From Chiloscyllium plagiosum (taxonomy: Eukaryota), in assembly GCF_004010195.1 (NCBI RefSeq), contig NC_057727.1, positions 44,904,527 through 44,968,526 of the forward strand: a stretch of 64,000 nt of DNA, read 5' to 3'. Shown in pieces: positions 35,190-46,890 of the stretch (the first letter of the stretch is position 1; each line of letters starts with the position of its first letter). The translations under genes were made by a program, and so were the position numbers. The notes under the pieces are model-generated. The model was not told the origin of the DNA, made no database searches, and saw only the letters and a program-made list of their open reading frames with translations.

Positions 35190-36312
35190 GCTTCCATTCA
35201 TCTGCATACTGATGACAATGAAAAAGGTAATTCAAGGTGAGAAGCTGGCATTCTGCAGGAAGAGATGGAGGAATTAAAGTTTGTATTCATGTTAAAACAT
35301 TGGGATTGCTTGTTAGACCATTGCACAAAATCAGCAATACCCTGCAGGATGTATAGATAGCGCTTAGTATATGTGCAAAGACTTACACATCATTCTCAAT
35401 TCTTGAAAGCAAAGTGAGAAAGTTCTGATGAATCTTTTATATTGCTCTGATTGATGCACTTGAAACCAACTTGAAGAAAAGAGCAATCATGCATGAAAGT
35501 GTTGCAAACAGTTTTTCATTTTTGATTTAGATGCCTAGGGAAAAAAAAACCAGCTGTGTGAAGGTGTAAAGCTTTTGATAAAGGATTATCCTGGTGATGT
35601 TGATGTTAACTGTACTACAGTAATAAAGCATTTCCAAGCTTATATCAAGCGAAGTTGTTCAGATAAAGGGCATTAATGCTACCAGAACCTGAATCAAGTT
35701 GTCATCTAAGATAAGATTCAGTTACCTTTTGCTAAAGTAGAAGCAATTCTGCGACTGTTATTGAGTATAATGCTAACAAACTGCTCAGGAGAAATGTCAT
35801 TTTTGCAGCTGAGAAACATCAAGAATGAACTGCAGGCAAAAGAAGTGTAAGAAAAGCTGCCTGCAGTGAGTGTTATGTGTATAGAAGCTGAGAAACCTTA
35901 CAGCTCACTATTTGAGGACATCATCAGTGACTTTGTTATCCAAACATTCATGTAATGTAATGTAATGCAGGTTGTATTGCTGCTACCATCTAGTAAGTGC
36001 TGACCTGTGTAATTGCTCTTATGTTGTTGTTGATTAAAAGTTTTTATATACACTAAGAAATCATGAGGTTATTTCAATTGAATGTATTTCATATTGCAAA
36101 TAAATGTAATGCAAGATATATAGTTTAATTAAATTATTAGACATTTGTTGTGCCTTCACAGACACACAGATATATAATGCAAATGTAAAACTTTGATATT
36201 TCTGTTTTCTTTTCCTTTCTGCCAGAACAAAACATATTTTTTTGTAATGTTATGAGGCCTCTTACGTTTGACATAGCTTAGGGCCTCAGTCTTTCAGTAC
36301 CAGACCTGCCCT
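35190..36312 (+). mobile_element. hAT transposase remnant (C-terminal dimerisation domain) and probable 3' end
   Basis: 35728-35940: FAKVEAILRLLLSIMLTNCSGEMSFLQLRNIKNELQAKEV*EKLPAVSVMCIEAEK...FEDIISDF, matching the hAT dimer motif TNCSGERSFSxLKRIKNxLR. Confidence 0.8.
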
Positions 36313-36469
36313 AACCTAGGACAGTGTTAATTGTTCAGTTATCTGTGGTGATTACTATATCATTCTTAACTTAGATGCTTGGTTGGAGCCTGGTTGAAGT
36401 TCACAGTTAAGATAGTTCATGCTTTGCATTTCCATTCCCTTATGGAAAAGATATGGTGATATTTTAGGG

Positions 36470-36624
36470 TTAGATTAGATTAGATTAACCGGAGCACCCG
36501 GAGGAAACCCATGCAGACACGGGGAGAACGTGCAAACTCCACACAGTCAGTCGTCTGAGGCGGGAATTGAACCCGGGTCTCAGGCGCTGTGAGGCAGCAG
36601 TGCTAAGCACTGTGCCACCGTACC
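36470..36624 (-). mobile_element. HE1-type SINE with internal deletion
   Basis: (ttaga)n tail joined directly to the V-domain. Head intact. Confidence 0.85.
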
Positions 36625-37771
36625 GGGTTCTGGGATGAAAACAATTAAGTTGAGTTAGCCAGCAAACTTTACTACTTCTGTGAATTGTTTTTTTGTTATC
36701 CAGAGTTAACACTTAATGTTGCATGGTGGATACGTTTTGTAGGCTTTTAAGGAGACATTTCACAACAGTGTTCCAAAGCACAGTGCTTAGTCCTTTAGGT
36801 ATTTGTTATAGAATAAAAGCATTTTTTATAGTATTCAATTCAATTCAAAAACTGAACACAATATTTAGGTGAGAGACATACATATAATCAAAAATAGCTA
36901 GTTTTAAATGTAATTAAATCATTGGATAAATCGCAAGCCTCATGTGTTTCCTTGAAGACATTTTGCTCCCAAGGCAGATGCTGACAACTCAGTTAAAGCA
37001 TTCAAAACTATAGGGAAATAGCTATAGATATAAAACTAGCAATTGTCTCCCCAAACACTGAACTTTGAGCTATTTTACATATTAATAATGAAGTGCCCAC
37101 TAAAATAAACTATCAACATTCGTATTTTTTTCCAGTTTTGGAAACAAATTTCAAGAATGTTTTCTTTCAGGAGAATAAACACAAAACAAATTTTAAAGCA
37201 TAGTGAAGTTCATCAACACAAGTCAAAAATTAACATTCACAGCCTTCACAGTTTTATGAAAGAGAAGGATAATGTTGGGCAGATTTTTCCACATCTTTAA
37301 GTGGTATGGACAATGGTGAGAAAGTTGGAAAAATACAATAAAAATGAAAAGTTAGATTAACAAGTCAAGAAAAATTTTGTGTAGCGAGTTCTGAATCTTA
37401 CTAATGAGCAGTGACTACCCTATTTATATGCATTTACATCTCATTATTAGGTAAATTCACCTCATGGCTTTGCAATTCTCAATTCTCCTTTACTTCCCTG
37501 AGAAACTAGACTGCACTAATGCCTTCATGAATTCTGAGAAACTAGCTCAGGTTAAGGTTCTGGATGTAGGTTTGCTCATCATGCTGGAAGGTTCATGTTC
37601 AGATGTTTTGTCACCATACTAGGTAACATTTCCTGCTCTTTTTCTCAGGGGTTGATAAATCAGGTCCAAGTCAATGTGTTTGTTGATAGAATTCTGGTTG
37701 GAATGCTATGCTTCTAGAAATTCTCGTGCGTGTCATTCTCTCCGATTTACCACCCCCTGAGAAAAAGAATG

Positions 37772-37825
37772 GGAAATGACATCACCATAGGAAATGACAT
37801 CACCACAGGAAATGACATCACCAAC
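37772..37825 (+). repeat. 3 x 18-bp tandem repeat ggaaatgacatcacca(ta/ca/ac)
   Basis: Units at 37772, 37790 and 37808. Confidence 0.92.
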
Positions 37826-37887
37826 CCAAGGAAACCCAAACATATAAATAAAAAGCAGGAATCGTCAGCAATGCTTCATCCGTAGGC

Positions 37888-37927
37888 TCACTGAAGATGT
37901 TACCCAGTATGGTCACGAAAGGTCTGA
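37888..37927 (+). ncRNA. Minimal hammerhead ribozyme motif, family C
   Basis: TCA CTGAAGA T GTTACC-CAGTAT-GGTCAC GAAA GGTC TGA. Helix I is TCA/TGA. The inverted partner near 37598-37630 has GTTACC...GGTGAC. Confidence 0.65.
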
Positions 37928-38889
37928 ACATGAACATTCTAGCTCAACGAGCAAACCTACATCCTGCAATAATTTCTGATGTAGAAGGCAAAGCCAGGAT
38001 TCCAGTTCAGGTTTGGCAATGATCAGTCCTGCAGGTCAAGTACAATGAGTTCAGGGATGACAGCTACATTTTTCTGAGTGGTGTGGAGATATAAGTCTGG
38101 AGGCTGGATTGTCCTTGGTCAGGTCTGTTCAGCACGACAGTCCAGATGATGGTCCATGATCAGTCTTGGATGCTTAGCAACTGATGGTCAGGGAGCATGC
38201 AGTTCTGTGAAAAGTGAGAAGCTCAAGTCTTGAGTTGGGTTCATTGTGCTGGTTCACTGAGAAACTTATTACAGTGAAACTAGATAGAAATGTGAAATCT
38301 CATAGTATATAAGAGATGAGTGGAAGTATTTTACAAATCATAATCACTCTCTCCTCAATATACGAAGAATTTATAGCCAAATTTGGGTTGAAAAATCACA
38401 AAACCACGGGCTCAGGGGTCAACTGGAGACTTTAGCGTTATATGGAGGAGGTAAGTAGAAAATAGGGAAGGCTAAAAGGTTAACAGGAACAAAAAGGAAA
38501 CTTAAAGGATGGAAAGATTATTCTGAAAATCAGTCATGAGCACATAAGGTTGAAAACTTGCCATCTTGACATCAAACTGCAATAATGAAACAGAATCTCT
38601 TTCACAACTTGCAGAGTGTGTGGAGTAAGTCACTGTATTTCAGAAATGAAGTTAAATCCTTTGAATGTGAGTCCTTGATGGAGGTAATTGTGTTAATCTT
38701 GCTTCCACTGTGCATCCACTGATTCAGCAATGCCAGCCTTATGACATCAAAATGCAATTCAAAGAATGGCATTTCTAATGATGGCCTCAAAATATCATTC
38801 TTATGTCAGATAAGCCTATTTATTCAGATGTCAACTTAAACGTTTCATCTGGGTTTTCTATTTCTGAATCATATTACATACCTAATACA

Positions 38890-39812
38890 TGATGTGGAGG
38901 TGCCAGTGTTGGACTGGGGTTGACAGAGTCAAAAATCACACTATACCGGTTTATAGAGTCATAGAATCATAGAGATGTGCAGTACGGAAACAGACACTTC
39001 AGTCCAACTCATCCATGCTGACCAGATATCCCAACATAATCTAATCCCATTTGCCAGCATTTGGCCTATAATCCTCCAAACCCTTCCTATTCATATACCC
39101 ATCTAGATGCCTTTTAAATGTTGCAATTATACCAGCCTCTACCACTTCCTCTGGCAGCCCATTCCACACATACACCACCCTCGACGTGAAAAAGTTGCCC
39201 CTTAAGCCTCTTTTATATCTTTCCCCTTTCACCCTAAACCTATGCCCTCTAGTTCTGGACTCCTCCACCCCAGGGAAAAGACCTTGTCTATTCATCCTAT
39301 TCATCCCCCTCATGATTTTATAAACATCTATAAGGTCTAACAGGTTTATTTGAAACCACAAGCTTTCGGAGTCCCCCTTCTTCCTCAAGTAGGTAATGAG
39401 GGAGAATACATTGGACACAGAATTTACAAGTAAAAGATAAAAAGATCATACAACTGGTGCAAATGTATTGATCAAACCTAGATGGCTATTAAATTTTTAA
39501 TCGGTTAGAATGGAGATGTAGGTTTTGATTTATTAATTTGTAAATCCCAGAATTTCTTTGAAGTCACTGCACCAAAATAACTTAAGGTTTTATCAGTATA
39601 AAAGTGTTATCCCAGTCAGACAATGCATTTTAGGTGTGAGGCCTTGTTTCAAGCTTGTTCGTGTCTCAACCTGGAGTCAGACTAGTTTTATTTCCAAAGT
39701 AGGAATTTAAAAAATGCCACATTGACTGACTGTCTACAGTTTGTATGCTTTTTGAACAAAATAAAATGTATCTGCAAATGAAAATCTCAAATGCAAATAA
39801 AAATTCACACCT
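38890..39812 (-). mobile_element. PLE family B 3' end / pLTR, interrupted by a CR1 fragment
   Basis: atgtggaggtgccagtgttggactgggg...ttatag | gtctaacaggtttatt...agctttcgga. The body matches the reverse complement of 16200-16713. Confidence 0.8.
38957..39333 (-). mobile_element. CR1-like LINE 3' fragment
   Basis: DLIDVYKIMRGMNRMNRQGLFPGVEESRTRGHRFRVKGERYKRGLRGNFFTSRVVYVWNGLPEEVVEAG, with a (catagaat) tail. Confidence 0.9.
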
Positions 39813-40429
39813 AATACAGGAAGACAACACTTTGAAGCTGCCATATTTGCATGCTGAACTGTAAGTATGCAAGGACATGGTCTGTTATGTTCAAAGATGG
39901 CTATTTTTGAGACAGATTGCTGGGTTAGTGCCAGAATTTGACACCCCCTGTGTAGCATTATCACTTTAGCTTTACAGATTGCACCTAGATAAGGTTATAT
40001 AGATCCATGTTGTTAATAGGCACAAGTCACTGACCTCCTTTCAAAGCTCAATGGCACATTGTGTCAGGGCATAATGTTATTGATTCATTGTAATTAATGT
40101 GAGGGCTCAAGAGTACTGTTACTGAAGTACTGTTCTATTTCTGACATTCCCCACATTTGATACTGTCTTTGTAGTTGGGGGAATTCCTTGTGGCATTTCT
40201 CAACAGTCAAAGATAGTGTTTGATGAGAGAGCAATCATGATATCATCAAGAAAAATGGCAAGAACAGAGACAACATTTAGCATCTAGAAGAGCAGGCAAA
40301 GACTTCCAAAAGAGGTGGAAAGGAATGATCAGACCTGACATTTGCAGATCTCTGTCATTATCTCTCAGAAACACAGTGCAGGCGCTGATGAACAACATCC
40401 TGGGCTGTCATCACTGACTGTGTCATCTA

Positions 40430-41200
40430 ATGGAGTAGGACTTGCACTCAAAAAGACTGGGTTGCTATTCATTCCTGATACCTGTCAAGGTTATCGATGC
40501 CCTGAATTTTCATGCCAGTGGCTTATTTCAAGGAGCAACTATAGATCTGTGTGACATCCTTCAATCCTCTACTTACATGTACATGAATGACAAGAATGTT
40601 ACTAATGCCATTTCTTAGCAAGTAGTCTGGGCAGTGAGATGCTCCACCATCACTTGTTCTCTCCTGGACCACGTACTACTTTGACAGCACCCTATTACCA
40701 GACAGCACAGTTTGTAAAGACTTCCATTCCAATGATGTCCACCCTATCTGTGACTAACGATGCTAGATTTCGGAGTTTTGTGTCAGATATCCAGAGACCC
40801 ACAATTATTTATTCATACTGGAGAACTCACAGGCTCTGGCCTCTTTCAAATGTGCTCGAACCAAACAGGAATGGCAGTTGGGAGATAATTGGAGCTCCCT
40901 CAAAAAACTGGTGATAACACCTTTACAAGACCCTTAGACTGAAGTAGATGCTGTTCCTGCTTCCGTCGGGGGCAGAGTGAAACAGAACATCGACCTCCTT
41001 AATACATTGCTTTGATGCCTGGACCATGCTGACCTGCAATGTAGCCCAGAAGGATGTGCCATATCTTAATGACATGTTATGCCCTTCACAACTGGCGTCA
41101 ACACGTGGGCTTGTCTTGGATGTAGAGGAGATGAGAGACTGACATCAGTCTTCTAGGGATGAAAATGAGGATGAGAATCAGAACATTGACCAGGAGGGAT
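40430..41200 (+). mobile_element. Harbinger transposase pseudogene
   Basis: From 40484: VKVIDALNFHASGLFQGATIDLCDILQSS. Near 40980-41097: VKQNIDLLNTLL*CLDHA-DLQCSPE..CHILMTCYALHNW, matching IEQTIGLLKxRFRCLD...LQYSPE...CCALHN. Confidence 0.82.
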
Positions 41201-41429
41201 GTCAAAGAGATAGAGTTATGCTCTGTTGAGTAAAAGAAACCAGACACAGCCTCATTGAAATGCACATCCACGATGAACAAATGGTTTGGACTTCATTTCA
41301 TTGTGTTACTTTTATGGGAAGCAGCCCAGAGTAAGAAGTTTGTCCATTGGCAGAGTTTGAATGAGTGGCAATCCTGTGAGAGTGAGGAAGCAGAGAGAAA
41401 AGGGTGGCACTTATCCTTGTGAAATGCTC

Positions 41430-41580
41430 CTTCCTTCACTGTTGGGCACTTATTCTGCACTGCAGTGGATGTCACTGTATTGACCCGGGCTGTTATCTCC
41501 AGGTTGGCTTAGTCTGGTGGCGCTGACACCGTTGCCAATCAGCTGGCCCTTCTCATCCCATCCAGCAGCACCCCTTTGAG
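41430..41580 (-). mobile_element. Harbinger second gene (Myb/SANT-like) remnant, convergent with the transposase
   Basis: Minus strand GVLLDGMRRA...HQTKPTW.ITARVNTVTSTAVQNKC resembles Myb_DNA-bind_5 (AWxEIAxxVNAV...QCxKK). Confidence 0.55.
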
Positions 41581-42537
41581 CTTCCAGGCAATACTTCAGG
41601 GAGCTAACTTGTTTTACTAGGACAATTCCTCAGGGATAATGCTAAAACATCACAGTGGGAGGGGCAGTTCCTGGCTTGCAGCATCTGAAGTACTCTGCCG
41701 TTGGGCAGAGTACTGAACCAGTAGCATGATCAGTGCAATGATCCAGGAGTAGTGAACCTCTCCTGCTGCACACTTCCATGAGATGGGCAATAAGGAGGCC
41801 AGTTGCACAATAATGCAATGAAGAGTGGAAGATTGCATGAGGAAAAGCAACAAGGTTATGGTGGACCTGCTGCCATGCATGTATCTTTCCCAAAAAAATG
41901 GGAAAAAAAGTTCAACCCAATATTTCCATTTTACAGCAAATATACCACACACATGAATGGGAAGCATTGACATATAAAAATGTAGAATTGAAGGATGGTA
42001 ATGGCAGAGTGATCCATATTCAAAATGTGGAACTGCAACATTTTTTTTAATGGTATCACACATCTCAGAAGAAACAGTGCTTAAATTTTGTAAAGTTTAT
42101 ATTTTGCTCTCAAATTCATCTACAATCAATGAAGGAAAGTTCTTCCAGGGCCATGACCAGTATTTAATATTTAATTCCATTGAAAGAGATTTCCATTCAT
42201 TTTCACTTTCATAAGCTGAATGGTTATTTAGTTGAAGAGCTCACTCATTCATGACAGAACCCATCCAATTTTAATCCCATTTGAGTCAATTGGTTGACAA
42301 CTAGTTTAGTTCTAAAATAGGCAGATGATTCGTCAGGGTTTGAAAGTAAAACCATTTGCCATGTTGATCATTTACCTCATTTTTGTTGTTTACAAGTTGA
42401 CAACTGTTTTTCACAACAGTGGATTTATTTTGTAATACAATATGTTGGTTGCAAATTAGGAAGTAATGAGATCATGAAAGATACCATATAAATGTAGATT
42501 CACATTTTATGTTTTTTTTTCCTTAATGTTTAGTTTG

Positions 42538-42846
42538 GATTAGATTCCCTACAGTATGAAAACAGGCCCTTTGGCCGAACAATTCCACATCGACCTTCTG
42601 AAGAGTAACCCAACCAGACCCATTCCTCTACATTTACCCCTGACTAACGTACCTAACACTATGGGCAATTTAACGCAGTCAATTCATCTATCCTGCACAT
42701 CTTTGGATAGTGGGAGGAAACCAGAGCACACAGAGGAAACCCACACAGACACAGGGAGAATGTGCACAGACAGTCACCCAAGGCTGGAGTTGAACCCTCT
42801 GTCACTGTGAGGCAGCAGTGCTAACCACTAAGCCATTGTGCCACCC
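42538..42846 (-). mobile_element. HE1-type V-SINE
   Basis: Reverse-complement HE1 sequence. Confidence 0.85.
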
Positions 42847-43174
42847 AATGCGTGAATGGCTTCATTCCACTGTGGCCTATTTGCTTACTAAGCCATCAGG
42901 GGAGCAAAATTGGGTTTGCTTAAGCAGCATATCCATCATATAATGTCTAAAACCTATGCTAAAAGATATACATTCATTTTTTAAACAATATTTTAAATGC
43001 CATTATGTCTGAATGCAGCTGGAGAAAATAGAAGGAGAAACTTGCCATAACACTTAATACACAAAGGGGTTTCATTTCCTTCATCTGCTATTTTTAGCAC
43101 AGTGATTAACATGTTTGCATTAAGTTCTAATCAGTACGACTTAAGCGTAGATGCTACTTATTTTAGATAAAATG

Positions 43175-43484
43175 AGATTAGATTAGATTAGATTACAGTG
43201 TGGAAACAGGCCCTTCGGCCCAACAAGTCCACACCGACCCGCCGAAGCGAAACCCACCCATACCCCTACATTTACCCCTTACCTAACACTATGGGCAATT
43301 TAGTATGGCCAATTCACCTGACCCTGCACATCTTTGGACTGTGGGAGGAAACCGGAGCACCCGGAGGAAACCCACGCAGACACGGGGAGAACGTGCAAAC
43401 TCCACACAGTCAGTCGCCTGAGGCGGGAATTGAACCCGGGTCTCTGGCGCTGTGAGGCAGCAGTGCTAACCACTGTGCCACCGT
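43175..43484 (-). mobile_element. HE1-type V-SINE (young)
   Basis: (gatta)n tail. Near-identical to the 12954-13282 and 17092-17406 copies. Confidence 0.93.
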
Positions 43485-43639
43485 AAGTGAACCATATCAT
43501 TACAATAGTACAGGCAGGGAGATAACACACAAACCTTTAAGCAATGCATTGAATTAAATTTATTTTAAGTGAAAGGATTTACAAACTGCATGGAGAGCAC
43601 ATGTATCCAATTTAGGTAACACTTCAAAGCCAATCAATT

Positions 43640-44800
43640 TCCGTCTTCTACCTGCTCGGTGATTGAGGTTCCACAGTCCTCTGGGGCAGAGAATTCCAAA
43701 GACTCACCATCCTCTAAGTGATGAACTTCTTCCTCATCTCAGTCTTAAATGGCCTGTCCCTTATCCTGAAATTATGTCACCTGGTTTTAGACCCAATAAC
43801 TTTGGGAATAATCTTATCTACATCCACCCTGTCATGCCATGTAAGAATTTTCCAAGTTCGAATGAAGTAATTCCTTATCTTTCGAAGCTCTATGGAATAC
43901 AGACCAAGAATCCTCAATCTCTTCTCAGTCTGCCATCCCAGAGATTAATCTGTTGAATACCTGTTGTACTCCCTCCATGCCAAGTCCATCCCTCCTGAGA
44001 GATGGGAACAAAAACTGCACACAATGCTCTAGCTGAGGTTTCACTAAGCCTTCCAAAAATCCACTAGTCCTTCTTTATAAATACTCCAAATAATATCCTC
44101 AAAACACTCCAACAAGTTTGTCAATCATGATTGTCTTTTAATAAACTGACATTAACTCTGCCCAATTTTACTTTTCTAAATGTTCAGTTATGACACCCTT
44201 TATCATAGAATATAACATTTTCCTTACTACTGAAATCAGGTATGTGGATCTATATTCTCCCTCTTCCTCATTACTTTCTTAGTGGATTACATTTGCTACT
44301 TTCCTAAACCGATGCATCAATTATATCTCCAGCCATCACTTCAATACTTGGGATGAAAATCTGAAAATTTTTAAAAATCTTAACAACTTAAGTCCAGTTT
44401 ACTTTTCAAGTACTACCTCTTTATTAATGCCAATATATTATGGTTCCTCAGTTTCACAAGTCTCTTGGTCACATAGTGTTTTCGGGAGACTTTCTGCATC
44501 TTCTTTTGTGAAGACTAACAAAGAGTGACATTTTAGTTTCTCTGCCATTTCCCTGTTTTCCACTATCAATTTTCTTTCATATGTTTATCCCAGCTAATCT
44601 TTTCCTATGGACATATCTAAGTTTTTATGTCTACCTTTAAGTTACTCACTAAATTTACTTTCATACTTTTCCCTATTTTAATCATTTTGGTCTTCCTTTG
44701 CTGGGTTCTAAATTGACCAAATCCCCAGGTTTTCCATTTTTACTGGCATCCTTATGGACAACTTCCTTTGAGTTAATGCAACCTTTAATTTCTTTTGTAA
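43640..44800 (-). mobile_element. Decayed CR1-like LINE
   Basis: gggcagagaattccaaagactcaccatcctc...cttcctcatctcagtcttaaatggcc and caaaaactgcacacaatgctc are reverse-complement CR1 ORF2 motifs (WNSLP, EHCVQF). Confidence 0.6.
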
Positions 44801-46070
44801 ACCACAGTGATTAACCTGTCACAGCTGGAATCTATCCCTTTGTTTCTAAGATGTCAGATAGTAGTCATCATAGATGAACATTTCTACAGTAATACAAAGC
44901 TAATGTGTTTCCTGTTGCCATGGAAAATGTATAGAAAAAGCGAATTTGAGATCAGATTTTTGGATGTCCTATAAATCCAGTTGTATCATATTGACAGGCG
45001 ATTTGCAGCTTTAGTCTGTGTGTTCCAAAGTTGACTGGGAAATGGGGACAAAAAGAGATAGATATCTAAGAAGCATATGAAGCAGAGAAAGTGCAGACTC
45101 TATCATTCACCACATGGCATCAGAACAGGAGTTCGAACTTAGCTGGAAGACTGATTGTGAGGAGTTTAAACATGTTTGAAGGGTTTGCCTAGCTAAAGTA
45201 TAAGGGAGAAACTCAGGAAAATGTTTACAGTTAGGAAAGAAAATGAACAAAAGAAAACCCTTGGAAACTGCAAAACATTTTAAACTGGTTCCAAGAGATT
45301 AGATATCTATTAAAGAGACTAATGTAACAAAATTGAGGTTTTGATTTACATTGAAAGTAGAAAGGTGCAAGTCCTGTTCAGTAGTTTAAAATATAAGTTG
45401 TTTATGAGAAAAAAACATGTTGCTTAGTTTTGTCATTAACTTTTGATTCAGCAAAGGTCCTATTAAAAGATCAAACCTTGACATGTCTTCCTCTCAAAGA
45501 ACTAGAAGGTTTGTTTCTCTTTTAAAGGTTATCATTCTTTACAAAGAGCACATCAGGCCATACGTTTATCAGTCCTTTGAAATTGCCACAAGTGTACAAC
45601 TGCACAAAAACAAAGTGAAAAGGTTATATATTTTAAAAATTCATGGCACCCCTTCCCCCAAAAGAAGTGAAGATTGCTGAAGGGTACTGACAGTCTCAGC
45701 TCACCAGCACAATACTGGCAATTGACCGCAAGTGAAATTTTGGTGGCATGCCATTTTTTCTAATTGCATTGAGGAAATTATAAGTGCCTAGCAATTTGCA
45801 AGCATTGCTCACCACATAGTAATTGGACTCAAATTGATTTTGGCATCTCCGCAGACCACTTCTCCACAGGAAATCCCTGACCAGTGTCCTTAATGGAATT
45901 GGCCAGGCTTTCAGCTGAACAAAACAAATATGCTGCAGTGTCTGAATTGTCTATAAGCAGTGTCACAGGAGATCAGCTGGGGCTACTCAAAGTCATCTGA
46001 TTTCTTGGGAAACCGCCTATTGTCTTCCTTGCATAAATGACTCTGCAAATGTGAAGCGAATCATTTTATT

Positions 46071-46372
46071 TTAGATTAGATTACTTACAGTGTGGAAATA
46101 GGCCCTTCGGCCCAACAAGTCCACACCGACCCACCAAAGCGCAACCCACCCATACCCCTTCACCTAACACTATGGACAATTTAGCATGGCCAATTCACCT
46201 GACCTGCACATCTTTGGACTATGGGAGGAAACCAGAGCACCCAGAGGACACCCACGCAGACACGGGGAGAATGTGCAAACTTCACACTGTCAGTCGCCTG
46301 AGGCGGGAATTGAACCCAGATCTCTGGCGCTGTGAGGCAGCAGTGCTAACCACTGTGCCACCGTGCTGCCCC
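46071..46372 (-). mobile_element. HE1-type V-SINE
   Basis: Reverse-complement full HE1 with a ttagattagatta tail. Confidence 0.92.
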
Positions 46373-46679
46373 ATCTAATGGAATTTTTGACTTGCAAGGA
46401 ATCAATTATGCTCAAGCACTGCTATAGTTCATGATCATTTTGATTATAGCCCACATATCTGTGTTCACTGCTTATCGACTATTAAGTAGGAAGTCAATAA
46501 ATTCCATTTACCTTGCCAAAATTAACATAATATTGAAAAGAAATGGATTTAAAACAATGAGCTGGATTTTACACTGCTTGGCATTGGGTGAGAGTCTGAT
46601 TGGAAGTGCTTGGATCACCAGCTCCCACCCCTCTCCACACATTTTAGAAAGATGGCTGATCATATATGTAGTGGGGTTG

Positions 46680-46890
46680 GAGCTGAAAATGTGTTGCTGG
46701 AAAAGCGCAGCAGGTCAGGCAGCATCCAGGGAACAGGAGAATCGACGCTTCGGGCATAAGCCCTTCTTCAGGAATCTTATGCCCGAAACGTCGATTCTCC
46801 TGTTCCCTGGATGCTGCCTGACCTGCTGCGCTTTTCCAGCAACACATTTTCAGCTCTGATCTCCAGCATCTGCAGACCTCACTTTCTCCC
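46680..46890. mobile_element. PLE family A mini fold-back element (81-bp hairpin plus tail)
   Basis: Arms 46680-46760 and 46776-46856 with one mismatch and a 15-nt spacer. Exact 13-bp TSD atatatgtagtgg at 46662-46674 and 46892-46904. Confidence 0.93.

Larger units (their letters stand above)
37541..37964. mobile_element. PLE family C (Penelope/Poseidon-type) mini fold-back element
   Basis: Perfect IR ggatgtaggtttgctc (37562-37577) / gagcaaacctacatcc (37949-37964). The minus strand at about 37663-37735 reads HAREFLEA*HSNQNSINKHIDL, the typical C-terminus of Penelope/Poseidon GIY-YIG ORFs. Confidence 0.82.

Noticed and set aside
37772-37825. CRISPR-like repeat array
   Set aside because: Contiguous 18-bp tandem units without spacers, in a eukaryotic retroelement context.
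44914-44927. RFX X-box-like GTTGCCATGGAAAA
   Set aside because: An imperfect single motif with no supporting context, compatible with chance.
46680-46856. DNA-transposon MITE
   Set aside because: The arms are identical to the PLE pLTR, with an asymmetric tail and a 13-bp TSD, so they are not true TIRs.
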